Shown: positions 34,308 to 46,952 of the stretch, in pieces
How positions within the stretch are numbered: the stretch's first letter is position 1
How the letters are laid out: the number at the start of each line of letters is the position of its first letter
The notes under the pieces: generated by a model
Told to the model about the DNA's origin: nothing
The model's database searches: none
What the model saw: only the letters and a program-made list of their open reading frames with translations
Source of the DNA: Dudresnaya verticillata
Taxonomy: Eukaryota
Assembly (NCBI GenBank): GCA_977862235.1
Contig: OZ374561.1
Location: 62,001 to 126,000 of the forward strand
DNA: 64,000 bases
Direction: 5' to 3'
Position numbers and translations under genes: made by a program

Positions 34308-37300
34308 TTGCGGGGCGTGGGGGTGGGGGTGGGACGGGCTGGGATGGGGTGGCGTGGGGGATGGTGCGACGGAGCAGGCGTGCGTGCGTGCGCGGGTGTG
34401 GGTGCGGGTGCGGGTGCGGGTGCGGGTGAGCGTGGGTGATGTGCTGCGCGCGGGGGGGAGGGTGGCCGGCGCGGCTCTGCTCTGCGGATGTGGGGCGGCA
34501 GCGCGGTGGCGGTGGGAAAAGCGCGCGGCGCGGTGGAAGGTTTACCGCGCGCGGTGGAACGGCGATGAGGCCGGTGCGGCGGCGTGACGGGCCCGTTGAA
34601 ACAAGGCGGAAACAGGCACGGCGCGCGGAGGCGCGCGCGCGGTTTTGATGCATGGCAGCAGCGGCGGCGGCGGCGGCCGGCGGGGCGCGTGTTGCGAGAG
34701 AGGCGCTTGTCATACCGCGTGCATACGCGGCGGATGCGGCGCGGTTTGCAGCGCATGCGGCTAATGTTGCTGCATGAAGCGCGCACCGGGCTATGCTATT
34801 ATACTGTACCTCCTCGCGCGCAAGGCGCAGGCGCCGCGGACACGGGCAGCGGCTGGCTGTGGGATGTCTATGGCGTGTTTCCGGCGTTGCTTGTCCGCGC
34901 GCAGTGCGCGCAGGCAGGCAGGGGCTGGCTTTTGAAAACGCGGCGGGCATTGCGGCCGATGTACGTATTATCTGCGCTGCGCAGGTCGTTTGGCAAGCGC
35001 GCCTTGGGCGTGGCGCCTGCCCGCCACAGGCATGCGTGTGTGCGCACGTGGAGACTGACGTAAACGCGCGGCGTGTGCGCGGTTGACGCGGAATTTGAGC
35101 GGTGTATGAAGGGGCGCATCGCATAGAACAAGCTGGAGCGCGCAGCGTGTGTGTGATGTCAACACAATGTGAACAGCGGAAGGATGATATGTGTGTGAAT
35201 GGAGTATTCTGCATACACCAACGAGGTGGAATGGTGGGGCGATTCCACGCACGCGCGCCGTGTCACGCCAGCGTCACGCCGCGCGTGTTCACAGACCGAA
35301 CGACGGTCTTCGTCTCTCTACGTCGGCGCGGGCTGTCCTGCGCTGTTCCTGGCCGACCCTGTCCTCCACGTCTCCAAATCCTTCCTTCGTTCCTTCGTTC
35401 CTTCCCCGCCGGCCCCATCTCGGCTAATTACACCATGCGCAGAAAAGGTGACGACTACACTGAACACTACACATTCATGTAGCAGCAACACACACGGGGA
35501 AAAAGAGCCGCGCGAGCTGCGCGCGCCCGTCGGAGTAGCGCGCCCCCGTCAGTCTCCGCCCCGCCCCACCTCGCTCGCTCCCTCTCTCCACCGCGCTCGA
35601 CGCGCTCGACCAGCACACACGCTGCACATGCTCGCCCGGCTCCCGCTCCGCACGCGCGGCAGAGCGCCGCGTCTTGCCCCCCGCCGCCGGCAACCACACA
35701 ACCACATCCGATATCTATCACCGTTGCGTTGCACGTCTTGCACAACAAGCGCAGTGCAGTATGTACAGTACCTTGGAAGGTACTAACACGCCTAACCGCC
35801 TCGCCATCGACACACTTCGTATCCCCACTCTGCGTGTCGCCGTCCAATCCGACCAAACGCACGGCATGTAATTCCCCGCAGCACACCACCACAAACGCAT
35901 AGTCCGCCACGCTCGCCGCACTCGCCACAGCCTTACCTTCGCGCCCTCGAGACCGGCCGATTCACAGCACACGCAGTCGCAACCGCCTCTCACCCCCACG
36001 CACCCACACACACCAGTCCTCTCGCCCCGCCAGCCGCGCGCGCGCACTGGAGTCTTCACCCATCTTTTAACCACATAAATCCGCAGGCACTGGCGCTTGG
36101 CCGCTGCCAACGCGAAGCGCCCGCAATGCCCGCGCAATGCCCAATGTCTGCCGCCTCGTCTCTCTCCCGCGCAAATCCGCCGCTGCCCCACTTGTTGCAA
36201 TGTGGAGAGAAGAGTGGAGACCGTATGGTATCCTACGTACTGTACTGTACTACCCGCTCATCACGCCCCCCCCCAACCGCCATCGCGTCGTTATTGAGCC
36301 CCCCGGCCACGGGGCCGCGTGCGACATAGAAGAATCGCAGCAACAGTACAAACACAGTAATAACAATAATATTATCTTCAAGTCACGCACACAATAACAC
36401 TCACTGCTCTCGTTGCCGATATTTCATCGCGAGACTCGTAGTATCTGCTATTACTCGCTTCTTCCACGACTTACCGCGCCAAAAACTGCATCACTGCTAT
36501 CCTACACCAACCTCCCGTCAAAAGTCTCCTCTCAATTCCTGCAATCTCTGCCACCCGCCGCCGCCGCCGCCACTGCCAGCGACCCCCAGCCTGTCCTGCC
36601 TTGACTTGTTTGCTGCTCGAGACACCATCCATCAAAGTCGAATCCAACTGCAACACCCAACGGTGCCCTCTCTCGAGATTCATAACGACCGCCGATGACC
36701 AAATCCGCAGCTGCGCAAAAGCCCAGCTCTGTTACTATCATAGCCTCTGCGATCAATCACCGCACATTCACATTTGAGCCTCTCAAACTGTCATGTCGTT
36801 TATTATGTGCTGTCCTCATCTCATCCATAGCTTGTTTTCGTAACAACACCGACTCACAAAAAGGATCGCCTGGCTGTCTGTGTGTGTGCCCAGCTGTCTG
36901 TGTCTGCCCGCGACCTTGCACCTTTGTTTACACCAACGCCACAACCTGCCGCAGCAGTCTGTCTTGTCTGTCTGCACAGCCTGGTGGAGAGTCGCTTTGA
37001 ACGACGAATCTACCGCCAGGTACAATGTTATAGTACGTCAAGCGCGCCCGCTGTCGAGCTCAAGTAACATGTTACACAACGCTTCAGCTCACCTGCGGCT
37101 TTCCCGTCGCCCGCGAAATGTAGACACAAAGTAGAGCATCGGGACGTCGCCATTACGCTGCTGTGGCTAAGGATCATGTTGACAGAGATCACAGACCGAT
37201 TGCAAAGCAAAATGCTCTTCCGAGCCGCGGCAAAAAACTTGCACCTAACACTACCTCCATCAACTTGCGGCGATTTTCTTCATGCACGCGCTTGCACAAA

Positions 37301-39611
37301 TCAAAACATTGTTCGCGACCCATGCCGCACCTCTCCATCCCATCACTTGACACATCAACAACGTGCACTCAAAACCTAACTTACGAACACGTAACTACAG
37401 TGACAAACACCCCTAAAAGGGTTGCCGCACGGACCTGCTTCCGTGCCCCCCAACAAGCGCCCGTGCGCACGTTGTCAAGTTACGTAACAAAATCGGGCGA
37501 CCGGAAAACTGCAAAAACTTCCCATTTCACCGCCGCTTTGATGATGCCTGACTGTCTGCACGACATGCATAACGTCATGTGCTTTGCAGAGCAAATCCAC
37601 ATATCTCACATGATATGTGAGTAGCCAACGTAAAGTTTTACCAAACCTCACACAGACCTGTTGGACACGCCAAAGCCCACAGCCTGTCCGTCACTTTGTG
37701 AACGAGCGCTCTTCCCGCGCAAACTCCATGCCCCGATTCGGGGTGTGTGTGTATGTCTGCTAGCGTCAGGACATCTCCCTCACACACAGCCTTGCAGCGG
37801 TTTCCCTGCGTGTACAACCATCTCGTACGTGTACGGTTGGTACCCTACACGAAGGGTATCTCTGCGCACTGCCGATGACGGAATAAAGGTCGGGGCTACA
37901 ACATGGGCCAAGCACAAAGCTATCTATTTCGACGCTGCTGACGCAACTGTTAGACTTGGCGAGATCCCGATTCTAGCTAGGCTTGCCGGGCGACTGGGAG
38001 ACTGAAAATCAGCGCCTTTGGACACAGTCAAGAAAACCGTGCGGATTCTGCAAGCCAAAATCCGATAGATCGGGCATTCTGTCACGAGACTAAACCGGCT
38101 CAACAAAGGGAAATGGGCATTGCGCTTTCACGACGGTCCGCATTTTTCGGGCTGGCTGAGTGTTAAAGTTGATTGCTCTTTACTCTTTTGCACAACAGGT
38201 GAGACAAGCAGGGCATTTCGAGGAAACGTCAGATGAACAGGTGCGGTGAAATCCGCAAGCTTCTGCTTCCGCAAAAAGCGACAGGGAGATAGATAAGATA
38301 CAACTCAAGACTTTTTGACCACACTCTCCTCAGCAGAGGGTCTGCTATCTTGGATAGTTACTACTTTTCGTGTGTCACGCTCGCGCAACCATGCGCTATC
38401 TTTCTATCAACCGGTCTATCACAGCGCGAAAGTAGGTGCCAAGAGCTGCTCCTGGGACCACGCCGATGCCCCAGTCAACATAACGGCGCGCCATTATTGA
38501 CGCCGTGATGGCGCCAAAGCAAAGAAGTGATGGCATGGATGCGAGTCAAGTTTGGCGTCGCGATGGCATGAGTGTCACAATATGAGGGAAACAATTGTGC
38601 CGATCTTTCGAAGCAGCAGGGTGCGCGACAAACAATGCAACTCTATTGAAGTGTTGCAGAAAGAAGGCTACGTCTCAAAAATGGCTTCAATGGGTATTTT
38701 TCTATGAGAACAAGTTTCTTGAGTGAGGCGAGTGACGCTGCGAGGAAATAAGTTTGAAACACGTTTACAGATTACATTGGTACGGTCAGTCGCTCGAGAC
38801 TGGTTGCGAGGGTGCATCTGTGTCTTGTGCAGATACACAATCACCAGCACGGTCTTCTGGGTCGGCGTTCCGGTTCAGAACACCATACACGCCCTGTCCA
38901 GGAACAGGCTGGCCCGAGAAGGCGTCGAAGCTGCCGGAGCCGCTTTGAGCCGCCCGGGGGAGGGCCGCGCGCATACGCAATTCCCGAAAACCAAAACGGG
39001 CCGGCCAAGAGGATTTCGACAAAGAGCTTCTCTTCACGAGAAACCCAGCCCCACCCTCTTTCGAAGTGCTTTGATAAAGCTTGGGACAGGGACTATCCCA
39101 AAGCCCGCACAGCTGGTCAATTTCCGATTAGACCAAGTAGCATTTGCAACGGTATTTTAAACAGAGCTTCGCGGTTGCGGTTTACAATTGTTCAAATGCT
39201 GCGGCAGAGTCCCCAATTCTAAGAAGCTTGCTCCAGGAAGAATGGTCACCTTGGTCCCCATTCTTCTTGCGTGCAGCTTCCTCGAAGAAGGGGCCTCTAG
39301 CGACAGTCTGTATATGGAGGCGTGAATCCACGGTGCATCAACTTTGCGAGAGCCGTTCCGTGGACTCGTTGCTTACACACAATGGGTGAGGTGGCTGTGG
39401 CTGACGAATTATGCGATGTCTGCACCGAATCAGCTGCGAGCATGTTGTGCTTCCGAGTTGGTAAGTGAGACGTGCCTGTTGTGCAGCACACTTCAAAATT
39501 GCCCGCCCTACAAAGGGTCCAACCTTTACTCCATAGGAAAAAAATCTGTTTGGCGAAGCCCTTCATTCCTATGCTTTTGATAGCCTGGAGCCGCCATCTG
39601 GCTGAGACCGC

Positions 39612-39667
39612 TTGTTGTTGTTACTTCTGCTGCTGCTGTTGCTGTTGCTGTTGCTGTTGTTGTTGTT
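39612..39667. repeat. (TTG/CTG)n trinucleotide microsatellite
   Basis: ttgttgttgttacttctgctgctgctgttgctgttgctgttgctgttgttgttgtt. Confidence 0.9.
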
Positions 39668-40947
39668 CCCGGTATTTGCTACAACACGGGTAAAATCTTG
39701 TAAGCTAGTTGCAACTGAAACTTGTCCAAAGTTCGAATCCTGCAGTTTTCCGGCCTGCTATTTACTGAAGATACAGATACAGAACGCAGTACGTCCGCGG
39801 TGCAATGAGAGCCTGGCCGTTCCCACACTGGGAGTCGTCGTTTATTCAGCCCGCTTCTACAAAAACATCATGTGGTAAGCAAACGGCAGTTGCAACGGGC
39901 TAGCAGTCCTCATTCATCTTCCCAGATCGGACACCATCAGCCCGTGCATACTGTAGAACCAGAGATCGCTTGTTCCAAAATTGAAACGTGTCCGAAACAC
40001 CTGACACGCCAAGGTAGATTGCTTGATGGCCTCAGCGCCTGAAGAGTGCCTGTCGTCTCATTTGAACGAATTACGCTAGAGCATACTAGAAGTAACATGT
40101 TATTGAGCGCCTAGCAGGCCCCCTTGTGGAACAAAGCATCTGAGAGCGGGACAAAGCATCCAGCCTGCCTGATAATCCCTCCACAGGTTGCATCCGGATG
40201 CCATCTCTTCTCAAGAAAAAATAATCCTCGCAGAGTATCTTTGTCAACAACCCACGAGCTCCCTAAGTTTGAAAGTGAAAATGTACAGCAATCACCAAGG
40301 GTCGAAATGGAACTTATTGAAGTGTCATTCGGGAGAAAGTTATGTGCGCTAGACAAGCGAATTTATATTTATTGCCGAAAGCGAGTCTTTCAATAAACTG
40401 AGAATGGCTTAAAAATAAAGTAGCATGTATATTTACAAGCTTTAACAAAAGAGCCCTTGCACTAGCAGAAAGTATTAAAGCTTTTCTCCCCCAGAAAGAG
40501 CAATGGGAAATGCGAGAGTAAGATCTTCCAGGTAAATAGAGAATGCAGATGTCATACACTGCATTAGTCTGCGTCAGCGGTGAATGAGCTGCAAGAGGGA
40601 ACTAGCGTCTCACCGAACTTCGCGCGAGGTAAGAAAATTGCACGCAGGCAATTTTTGCCATTCTTCAAAGTCATGATGAGGAGCGGCTTTTGCGCTATGG
40701 CACGAATCGATTTCGAGCAATATTTTCCTCATCGAGATCAACCTGAGCCCACTGCAGAGAGTGGTGAAAAGAGCACATCGGCAGGACGCGCGTCCTCGCT
40801 GCTCCTCCCTCGCATCATCGCGCGCCTTCAAAACTAATGTGCGTTCATGACTGCGTCGAGGGATTCCAACGAGTCACAGACTGACTATCGCAATCAGCGA
40901 GTCGTTCTTCCTGCTTCGAGGAGGAGAAGGAGAGCGCTTCAACTGCT

Positions 40948-42132
40948 ATGGCGCTTGCATTTGTGCCTACTTTTTCCTTGACCACGGCCCCAACTCGTAC
41001 CACCACCAGTTCTTCAACAACACCCTGCACAATCAAGAGCACACAAGCACCATGTAACATCCCTGCCCCACTTCACATAGGTGAGAGCCTGTCGGTCGAC
41101 CCCGCCGTAGTACTAGCTCCCATGGCCGGTGTCACAAACTACCCGTTTCGAAAGCTGTGCCGTTCATATGGCGCAGCCCTCTATGTCTCTGAGATGGTAC
41201 TAGCTTCCTCGGTCATAACTGGTTGCGACGGGGGACGCGTTCACTTTGGCCCCGACGAAGATCTCCGTTCCGCCCAGCTGTATACCACGGACGCCGAGTC
41301 GGCCGCGCAAGCCGCCAAGTTGCTTATTTCTCGCCATAGCGTCAGCCACATCGATCTCAACTTCGGCTGCCCTGCACCAAAGGTGCTACGCCGTGGCGGC
41401 GGAGCCGCCATTCCTGCAAACGAGCCGTTGCTGCGTCAAATCGCCTCTGCCGTCGTGGAAGCAGCCGCGCCGTATGGCGTGCCGGTGACTGCGAAGATGC
41501 GAGCCGGTATTACCACCGAAAACCTGACATATATAAGTGCTGGCTTGGCGTTGCAGGAATGCGGCGTGGCTGCCGTGACGCTGCACGCCCGCACGGCGGA
41601 TGAGCTGTACGACAGCGGGCGCGGAGGTGCGGGGTGGGGGCGGATACGTGAGCTGCGCGAGGTTCTCGACGTGCCTGTGATAGGAAACGGAGATGTGTTC
41701 ACAGCGGCGGACGCGCTAGACCTTGTTCGCGAAACAGGCGCGGCTGGAGTGGCGATTGGCCGCGGCTGCTTGGGAAGACCGTGGCTCTTTCGCGACCTGC
41801 GACAGGCTTTTTCGACGGGCCGTGCGGAGGGGGTGTCCGTGCCGGGGTTTGATGAGGTTAAAGACGTGATGGTGCGACACGTTACCGATTTTGTAGATTG
41901 GGCTGCTAAGGACGGCGTTAACGAAGAGGCCGCGATACGGTCCATGCGTAAGTGGTTTGGCTGGTACTGGCGTGGGTACTCTGGCCTGCCAGAGGGATGG
42001 GTTCGGCGGCTATGCCTGGTGCGGAACCTGCAGGAAATGCGGGAACTCGTGGATGGGTTTGATGGGAACGGTGTTGGTTTTGTGCTGGACGAAGTTGTTG
42101 CGGAACGTGGTAAGGTCGGAAGGGCCCGGTAG
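40948..42132 (+). CDS. dusB: tRNA-dihydrouridine synthase (DusB-like), probably plastid-targeted
   Basis: VLAPMAGVTN, IDLNFGCP, TLHART, PVIGNGDV and IGRGCLGRPWLF. N-terminal MALAFV plus a Ser/Thr-rich leader resembles a transit peptide. Confidence 0.9.
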   Translation: MALAFVPTFSLTTAPTRTTTSSSTTPCTIKSTQAPCNIPAPLHIGESLSVDPAVVLAPMAGVTNYPFRKLCRSYGAALYVSEMVLASSVITGCDGGRVHFGPDEDLRSAQLYTTDAESAAQAAKLLISRHSVSHIDLNFGCPAPKVLRRGGGAAIPANEPLLRQIASAVVEAAAPYGVPVTAKMRAGITTENLTYISAGLALQECGVAAVTLHARTADELYDSGRGGAGWGRIRELREVLDVPVIGNGDVFTAADALDLVRETGAAGVAIGRGCLGRPWLFRDLRQAFSTGRAEGVSVPGFDEVKDVMVRHVTDFVDWAAKDGVNEEAAIRSMRKWFGWYWRGYSGLPEGWVRRLCLVRNLQEMRELVDGFDGNGVGFVLDEVVAERGKVGRAR

Positions 42133-43857
42133 GGGTGGACAGAATTTCTTGGTATTGCCCACTGGACTTGCTTGGAGTAGTTTGTTTGGTCTGACCACAA
42201 AGCAGACGAGCTACACGGCAGATCGTTGAAGGATGCATCCTGCAATGGCTCTCAGCGAAGTGTGGGACATCAGTTTCGCATATCGTTTTCACGCTACCCA
42301 AGTTCTCACTCCGAAGGGTCTTCAGCACGGGCATCACGGGTCCACCACTCAAAGTTTGGCAAGCCTAGCCTGCAAAGATGCTTTGTTACGCAATGCATGG
42401 AATACCAATTTCGCCGAGAGGGGGCTTTCGGCGAAGCACATGCTGGTGGCAAAAGGATGTCAAAAGATTCGAAAGCATGGCATCTTAGGCCGACACAAGA
42501 AATTGGATGCTAGCGTTGCGGATATCCTTGCCAAGGATGACTCAAGGTTGGGGATCCAACACTTCTCAGCTCGGGCCCACCAGACCTGGGTCCTTGACCA
42601 CTGGTCCCTGAAGAAACAGGTTGTGTGTTCAGGTACTAGACTCACTCAGACTTCCCTCGGCAACAAAAGGCTCTGTCGTATTGCATCCAAGTCCACTGCT
42701 TTTCGATGCATCTGTGTCAGATCACACAAAGAGAAGAATAGCCTTAACAGATGCCTTTCGGTACATGCCCGGGAACAGAACGCACTCCTAAGCTTGCTTG
42801 CCCGCGCTGTTTCCGATCAACCGCCATTCTCATGGACTCCTTTTCTTCTTTTAGGACTATTGTGCTTCGTACTTTAAGCCCAAGTGACAGGTCGGCGTGC
42901 CGCGCTTCCATCCCCCACATCTTTTGCTATCTTAACTCCTTTGTCGGCAGGTTATCCCCTTTTCCAATCTTTTTGATAAGATTCACGAGTGAAATCAGCA
43001 GACCTGAGAATCTTCTCAATTTGGTGAGGAGTGGAAGCATCTCAAAAGGCTCTCCAGCAGCTCTCCTGTTCTGCGTGACAACCCTCCGATGTGGAGAGCT
43101 TCAAAAGCACTCTTGAACTTCCCATTGTCGTCTCATGTCTTCGGCGTTGCTTCTGCTTTGGTGTGCGGTCCGTTGTCGCCAGACTCTCTCGTGCTTTAGA
43201 CTTGAGATATTAAGTCAGAAGAGTCGTGGATCGAAGCGGTGTTGCTCTACGCTTTCATGCCTTGCTAAACGGAGCTACATTTGCAAAGAAACATGCTTCC
43301 ATTTCTGCCAAGATAATAGGAAAGCCTCCCCGTTCAAGCAGATTCTGGGGGCAGCTTGTACGGCATACCACTTTTTTTGTGCTCGTTGTGATGCTATAGC
43401 ATGTGATGCTATATTACCACGCATCACATGCTATAGTACGGGAACGAAGATGAACCGTTCAAAGAAGGACAATTTTGTAGTCCCGTTGTATGAAAGTTAA
43501 TTTCACACTTTCTATGGGTGCGTATTATACAATACTTCGATGCAGATGTTTTGTTTCTCTGTGGGGCTTTTTCTCCTGTTGGAAGCTTTTAAAGGGAAAA
43601 TGATCTTTCCTACGGGCTTGGGAGTTGGGTAGTGAACAAGATGTAAACAGAAGGGCCTTGCCTATCACTGTGTGTAGCTAAGAGTCCGAGGTGTCGTCGC
43701 AAAAGCAATACAACAGGATTGTGCTCTCCTCCAGTGCAAAATCAGTTTCTGAAAACGATGCGTGAAATCCCCATCTCACTAATGAAGATCGCAACGGCCT
43801 CGCCCAGTTTGCCACCTCGCTTCTCCCCGCCGGGTTCCCTCGCGGCAGCCGCTTAAC

Positions 43858-44732
43858 ATGCCACGTCGCCGAGCAAAGCAGCCAAATCCGACTGTGGGCG
43901 GTCTTGCCCCGCCGGGAAGGACCGCAAGCGTTCCACAAGTCAACCTATACCCGCCAGTTCAAGGCCGGAAGAATAGTGCAAAGAAGTCGTCTCCGGCTTC
44001 TCGCTCGCTGACGGCAACCCCTCACCACAAGGGTCTTATCTGGACCGTGCCTGACTTCCTTACCCCCGCGGAATGCGCTGCATGGCTGGCATACCTTTCC
44101 TCCTCGCCGTTCACAACTTCGCAGCTGCGCGCAACGGCGTACACTGCGTTTCGCCATAATGGGCGGCAGGAGCTGTGGAGCGCAGCTGTTGCCGAGGCTA
44201 TTTGGAACCGCTTGCGTCCTTTGCTTCCGACTGAGCTCTCCGATGGAGTGCCGAATGGATGCTATGAAAAGATCCGTTTGTATCAATATGTCGTCGGCCA
44301 GCGATTTGGAAAACACATCGATGAAGCAGTCGACGTGTCTGATGGAGTCATGACAGGTGCGACGGTGCTGATTTACCTCAACGACGAGGAATTGGAAGGA
44401 GGGGAGACGGTGTTCTATGACGGCCGAAAGGATGAGAACGTAGTGCTCAGCTTTCGTCCAAAGAAGGGAAGCCTATTAGTTCATGGGTGCGTTCGGAACA
44501 TGTGCTTCCTTCTTCGCCTTTTGCGTCATTTACGAACAGAGCTGTGATTTGCGTGCTAACATCTGGTTTTATTTATGTCGTTTGCTACGGAAACCTCGAT
44601 TCGCGCTCTGTTTCACATCGCTCTGAAAGGCACGGCGATAGGTGTCTCACACACGAAGCACGAGCAGTCACACGAGGGGCGAAATATGTGCTTCGGACAG
44701 ATGTCACGTACAAAACAACACAACTCCATTGA
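43858..44732 (+). CDS. 2OG-Fe(II) oxygenase (prolyl-4-hydroxylase-like); exons 43858-44486 and 44630-44732
   Basis: YVVGQRFGKHID (HxD) and TVLIYLN..EGGET. Intron GTGCGT...GCTAAC...AAG (44487-44629); splicing restores LLVHGHGDRCLTHEA...KYVLRTDV, supplying the second His and the Arg. Confidence 0.9.
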
Positions 44733-45232
44733 CGTCGAGCACCACTACCTGCATTTGTCTGTTGAAGATCACAGTCACACATATCCTTCTGTCCGAGGTG
44801 ATGGACAAAAGGTTTCTCTACCAGGTCATCGGTTGCAACCCTTGATGCTAAAGGTGCCGAGTGCATAACAGACAGCATTCGTCGTACATTTTTGTCAAAT
44901 GTGAGCCATGTAACGCGGTATGACGGAGGGATCGCCACACCATGTAGGGATGACACTGAGCATCCTGCAGGATTCATTTAGGACCATGCATGGGCAGCGA
45001 GCTTCGGCTTCACTGGTTATCGCACATGAGATCGATGTTTTGAGCCACGACGCCCCGAAAGATTTGCCTAACACGCTTCCCATCGTAGGCTGCAAAACAA
45101 AGCCGTGTGTGTTGCAGTTGGTTGCCGCTAAAAGTGGCGACGGCCAAGTGGCGACGATTCCCAGCTCCAAGCGGCCCATTGTGACTCTGCCGGTGTCGGG
45201 CAGTCGCACCTTACAGACGCGCGAAGACAGGA

Positions 45233-45706
45233 CTAGTGCACATTGCGCCACACAGCAGCCAGAATAGGGAGTCCACTCTTGACCTGGGAGGCCATCAACA
45301 ACAAAATAAGTAGACCATTGGCGGCGTGCAGCAATCTGATACTCGGAAGGTCCTTGAACCATGGGACGACCGAGACGTTTAGCGAGAGGGCGAGCAGGAC
45401 GGCGAGCCCGCCGTACAGATGCGGACCCGGAAAGAGACGGCCCGTGCGCAAGAAGGTGTTTCCCATACCCAGGAAGCACACGAAGACGGTGAGGAAGGCC
45501 AAGGCGGCGGCCATCTTGTGGTGGGCCTTGCTGTCGCGCGATCCGGGAACGCCTGAGAGCAGGCCGAGAGAGGTGGGATCGGGCGAGAGACGGACTTGGC
45601 GGGCCTTGAGGCCAAGGATCCAGGCGATGACCCAGAGAACGACTAGTACGGACATGGCTATCGGGTGGATCAGCGAGCCCGGGAGGCTTGTGAAGAAGGC
45701 GCGCAT
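45233..45706 (-). CDS. DUF4079-like membrane protein (cyanobacterial/plastid family); N-terminus possibly incomplete
   Basis: Four hydrophobic helices with HHKMA, NTFLRTGRLFPGPHLYGGL and RLLHAANG. Confidence 0.7.
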   Translation of the reverse strand: MRAFFTSLPGSLIHPIAMSVLVVLWVIAWILGLKARQVRLSPDPTSLGLLSGVPGSRDSKAHHKMAAALAFLTVFVCFLGMGNTFLRTGRLFPGPHLYGGLAVLLALSLNVSVVPWFKDLPSIRLLHAANGLLILLLMASQVKSGLPILAAVWRNVH

Positions 45707-46952
45707 GGCGACGGCGGGTGGAGGGACGGGGAGCGTGTTGCTGGGCGGTCGTTGGCGAGGCGCTGCGGAGGGCGGTTGGGATGGGCGTGGAGGGTGAGCT
45801 GGGCTTGGGAATTGTGCACGAGGTATGCTATTGCTAAGAAGGTGCGACGGGCCCCTCTACTGTCCGCGGGCATGGCGTGGATACTGCGCGGTACGGACGT
45901 GGGAAGCTCTGCGGCTCGGAGTCGGGCCTCGGTGGCTTGCGAGGGTGTTTCTACGCATCGGATCGCACGAGATTGTGGCTAGTTCCAGTATTCTTCTAGT
46001 ATTCTGTGGGCCGAATTTGCGGCGCCTGTCCTAAAATCTCGGGCCGGTGCTGACGACTTGGCCACACCGGAGCCGCACGCTCGATTCGAGGTCGCGTTTG
46101 AAGGGACCGGAAGGATTGCGTCAACCTTCTTGCGAGTGCGCCGGCCCCGCGGGAGCCGGCCACACCTCCGCCGAAGAAGGTGCGCGACGGGCACGCGTGC
46201 CAAGCACGGATGCAGCATATGCATCCCAAGCTCGGCAAGCAACCCTCCGCAAACCCCCACAAGGAGCCTTATTATCATTATCATCATCATCATCATCAAT
46301 GCGATCTGCGCTGTAGCGCTTTCTATTCTGCTATCCGCGTCTGCGAATATTCTGCACGGCCAACTATCACGATATTCCAATCCCGGTCCAGTATAATTGT
46401 AAGTCCGAGACCGCCTTGGCCCCCCAGGTATCAATGTCTTGAGCGAGGGCACAACCGCAAATGTTCCCGTCTTTTCATTCTGTGTGATGAGTGATGTCAA
46501 CGAGTGTGCAGTTTCAAAAGTCACCTGGCGCTTTTGAAACAGTATGTGATGGGTCGGGTGTGTGTGCTTGTAAATATCGTTTTCACTCGCGCTACTGAAT
46601 GCGCGTCAATGAGGAATGCGAGGAGGTGCTGTCTACCTTCTTCCAGAGGGGGCTCGCCGACGAAGTCTCCATACGTGCCTTCCTTTTTGCATGCAGTCTA
46701 CCTCACATCACACAAAACACCCTTTTCGCTGCTTTGCTCGCATATCCTGTGCCGCACCCGACTACCTGCATCGCCCGCGCACGTAGGAATAGCGCAGCAA
46801 GCGAGTACCATCAACCATATGCCAATGAAATGTAACGCCAGTGAGAACGTTTTCCAACCTATCGACTGGTTTTTCATTTCAACGCATGTGCGTCGTTACT
46901 TTGGAGACCGCCATCAAGTAGTCATTTCAGAGAAAAAGAACAAAACACCGCG

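Noticed and set aside
33689..35214. 365-aa and 445-aa ORFs overlapping paralog 3
   Set aside because: Shadow frames over microsatellites and a GC island.
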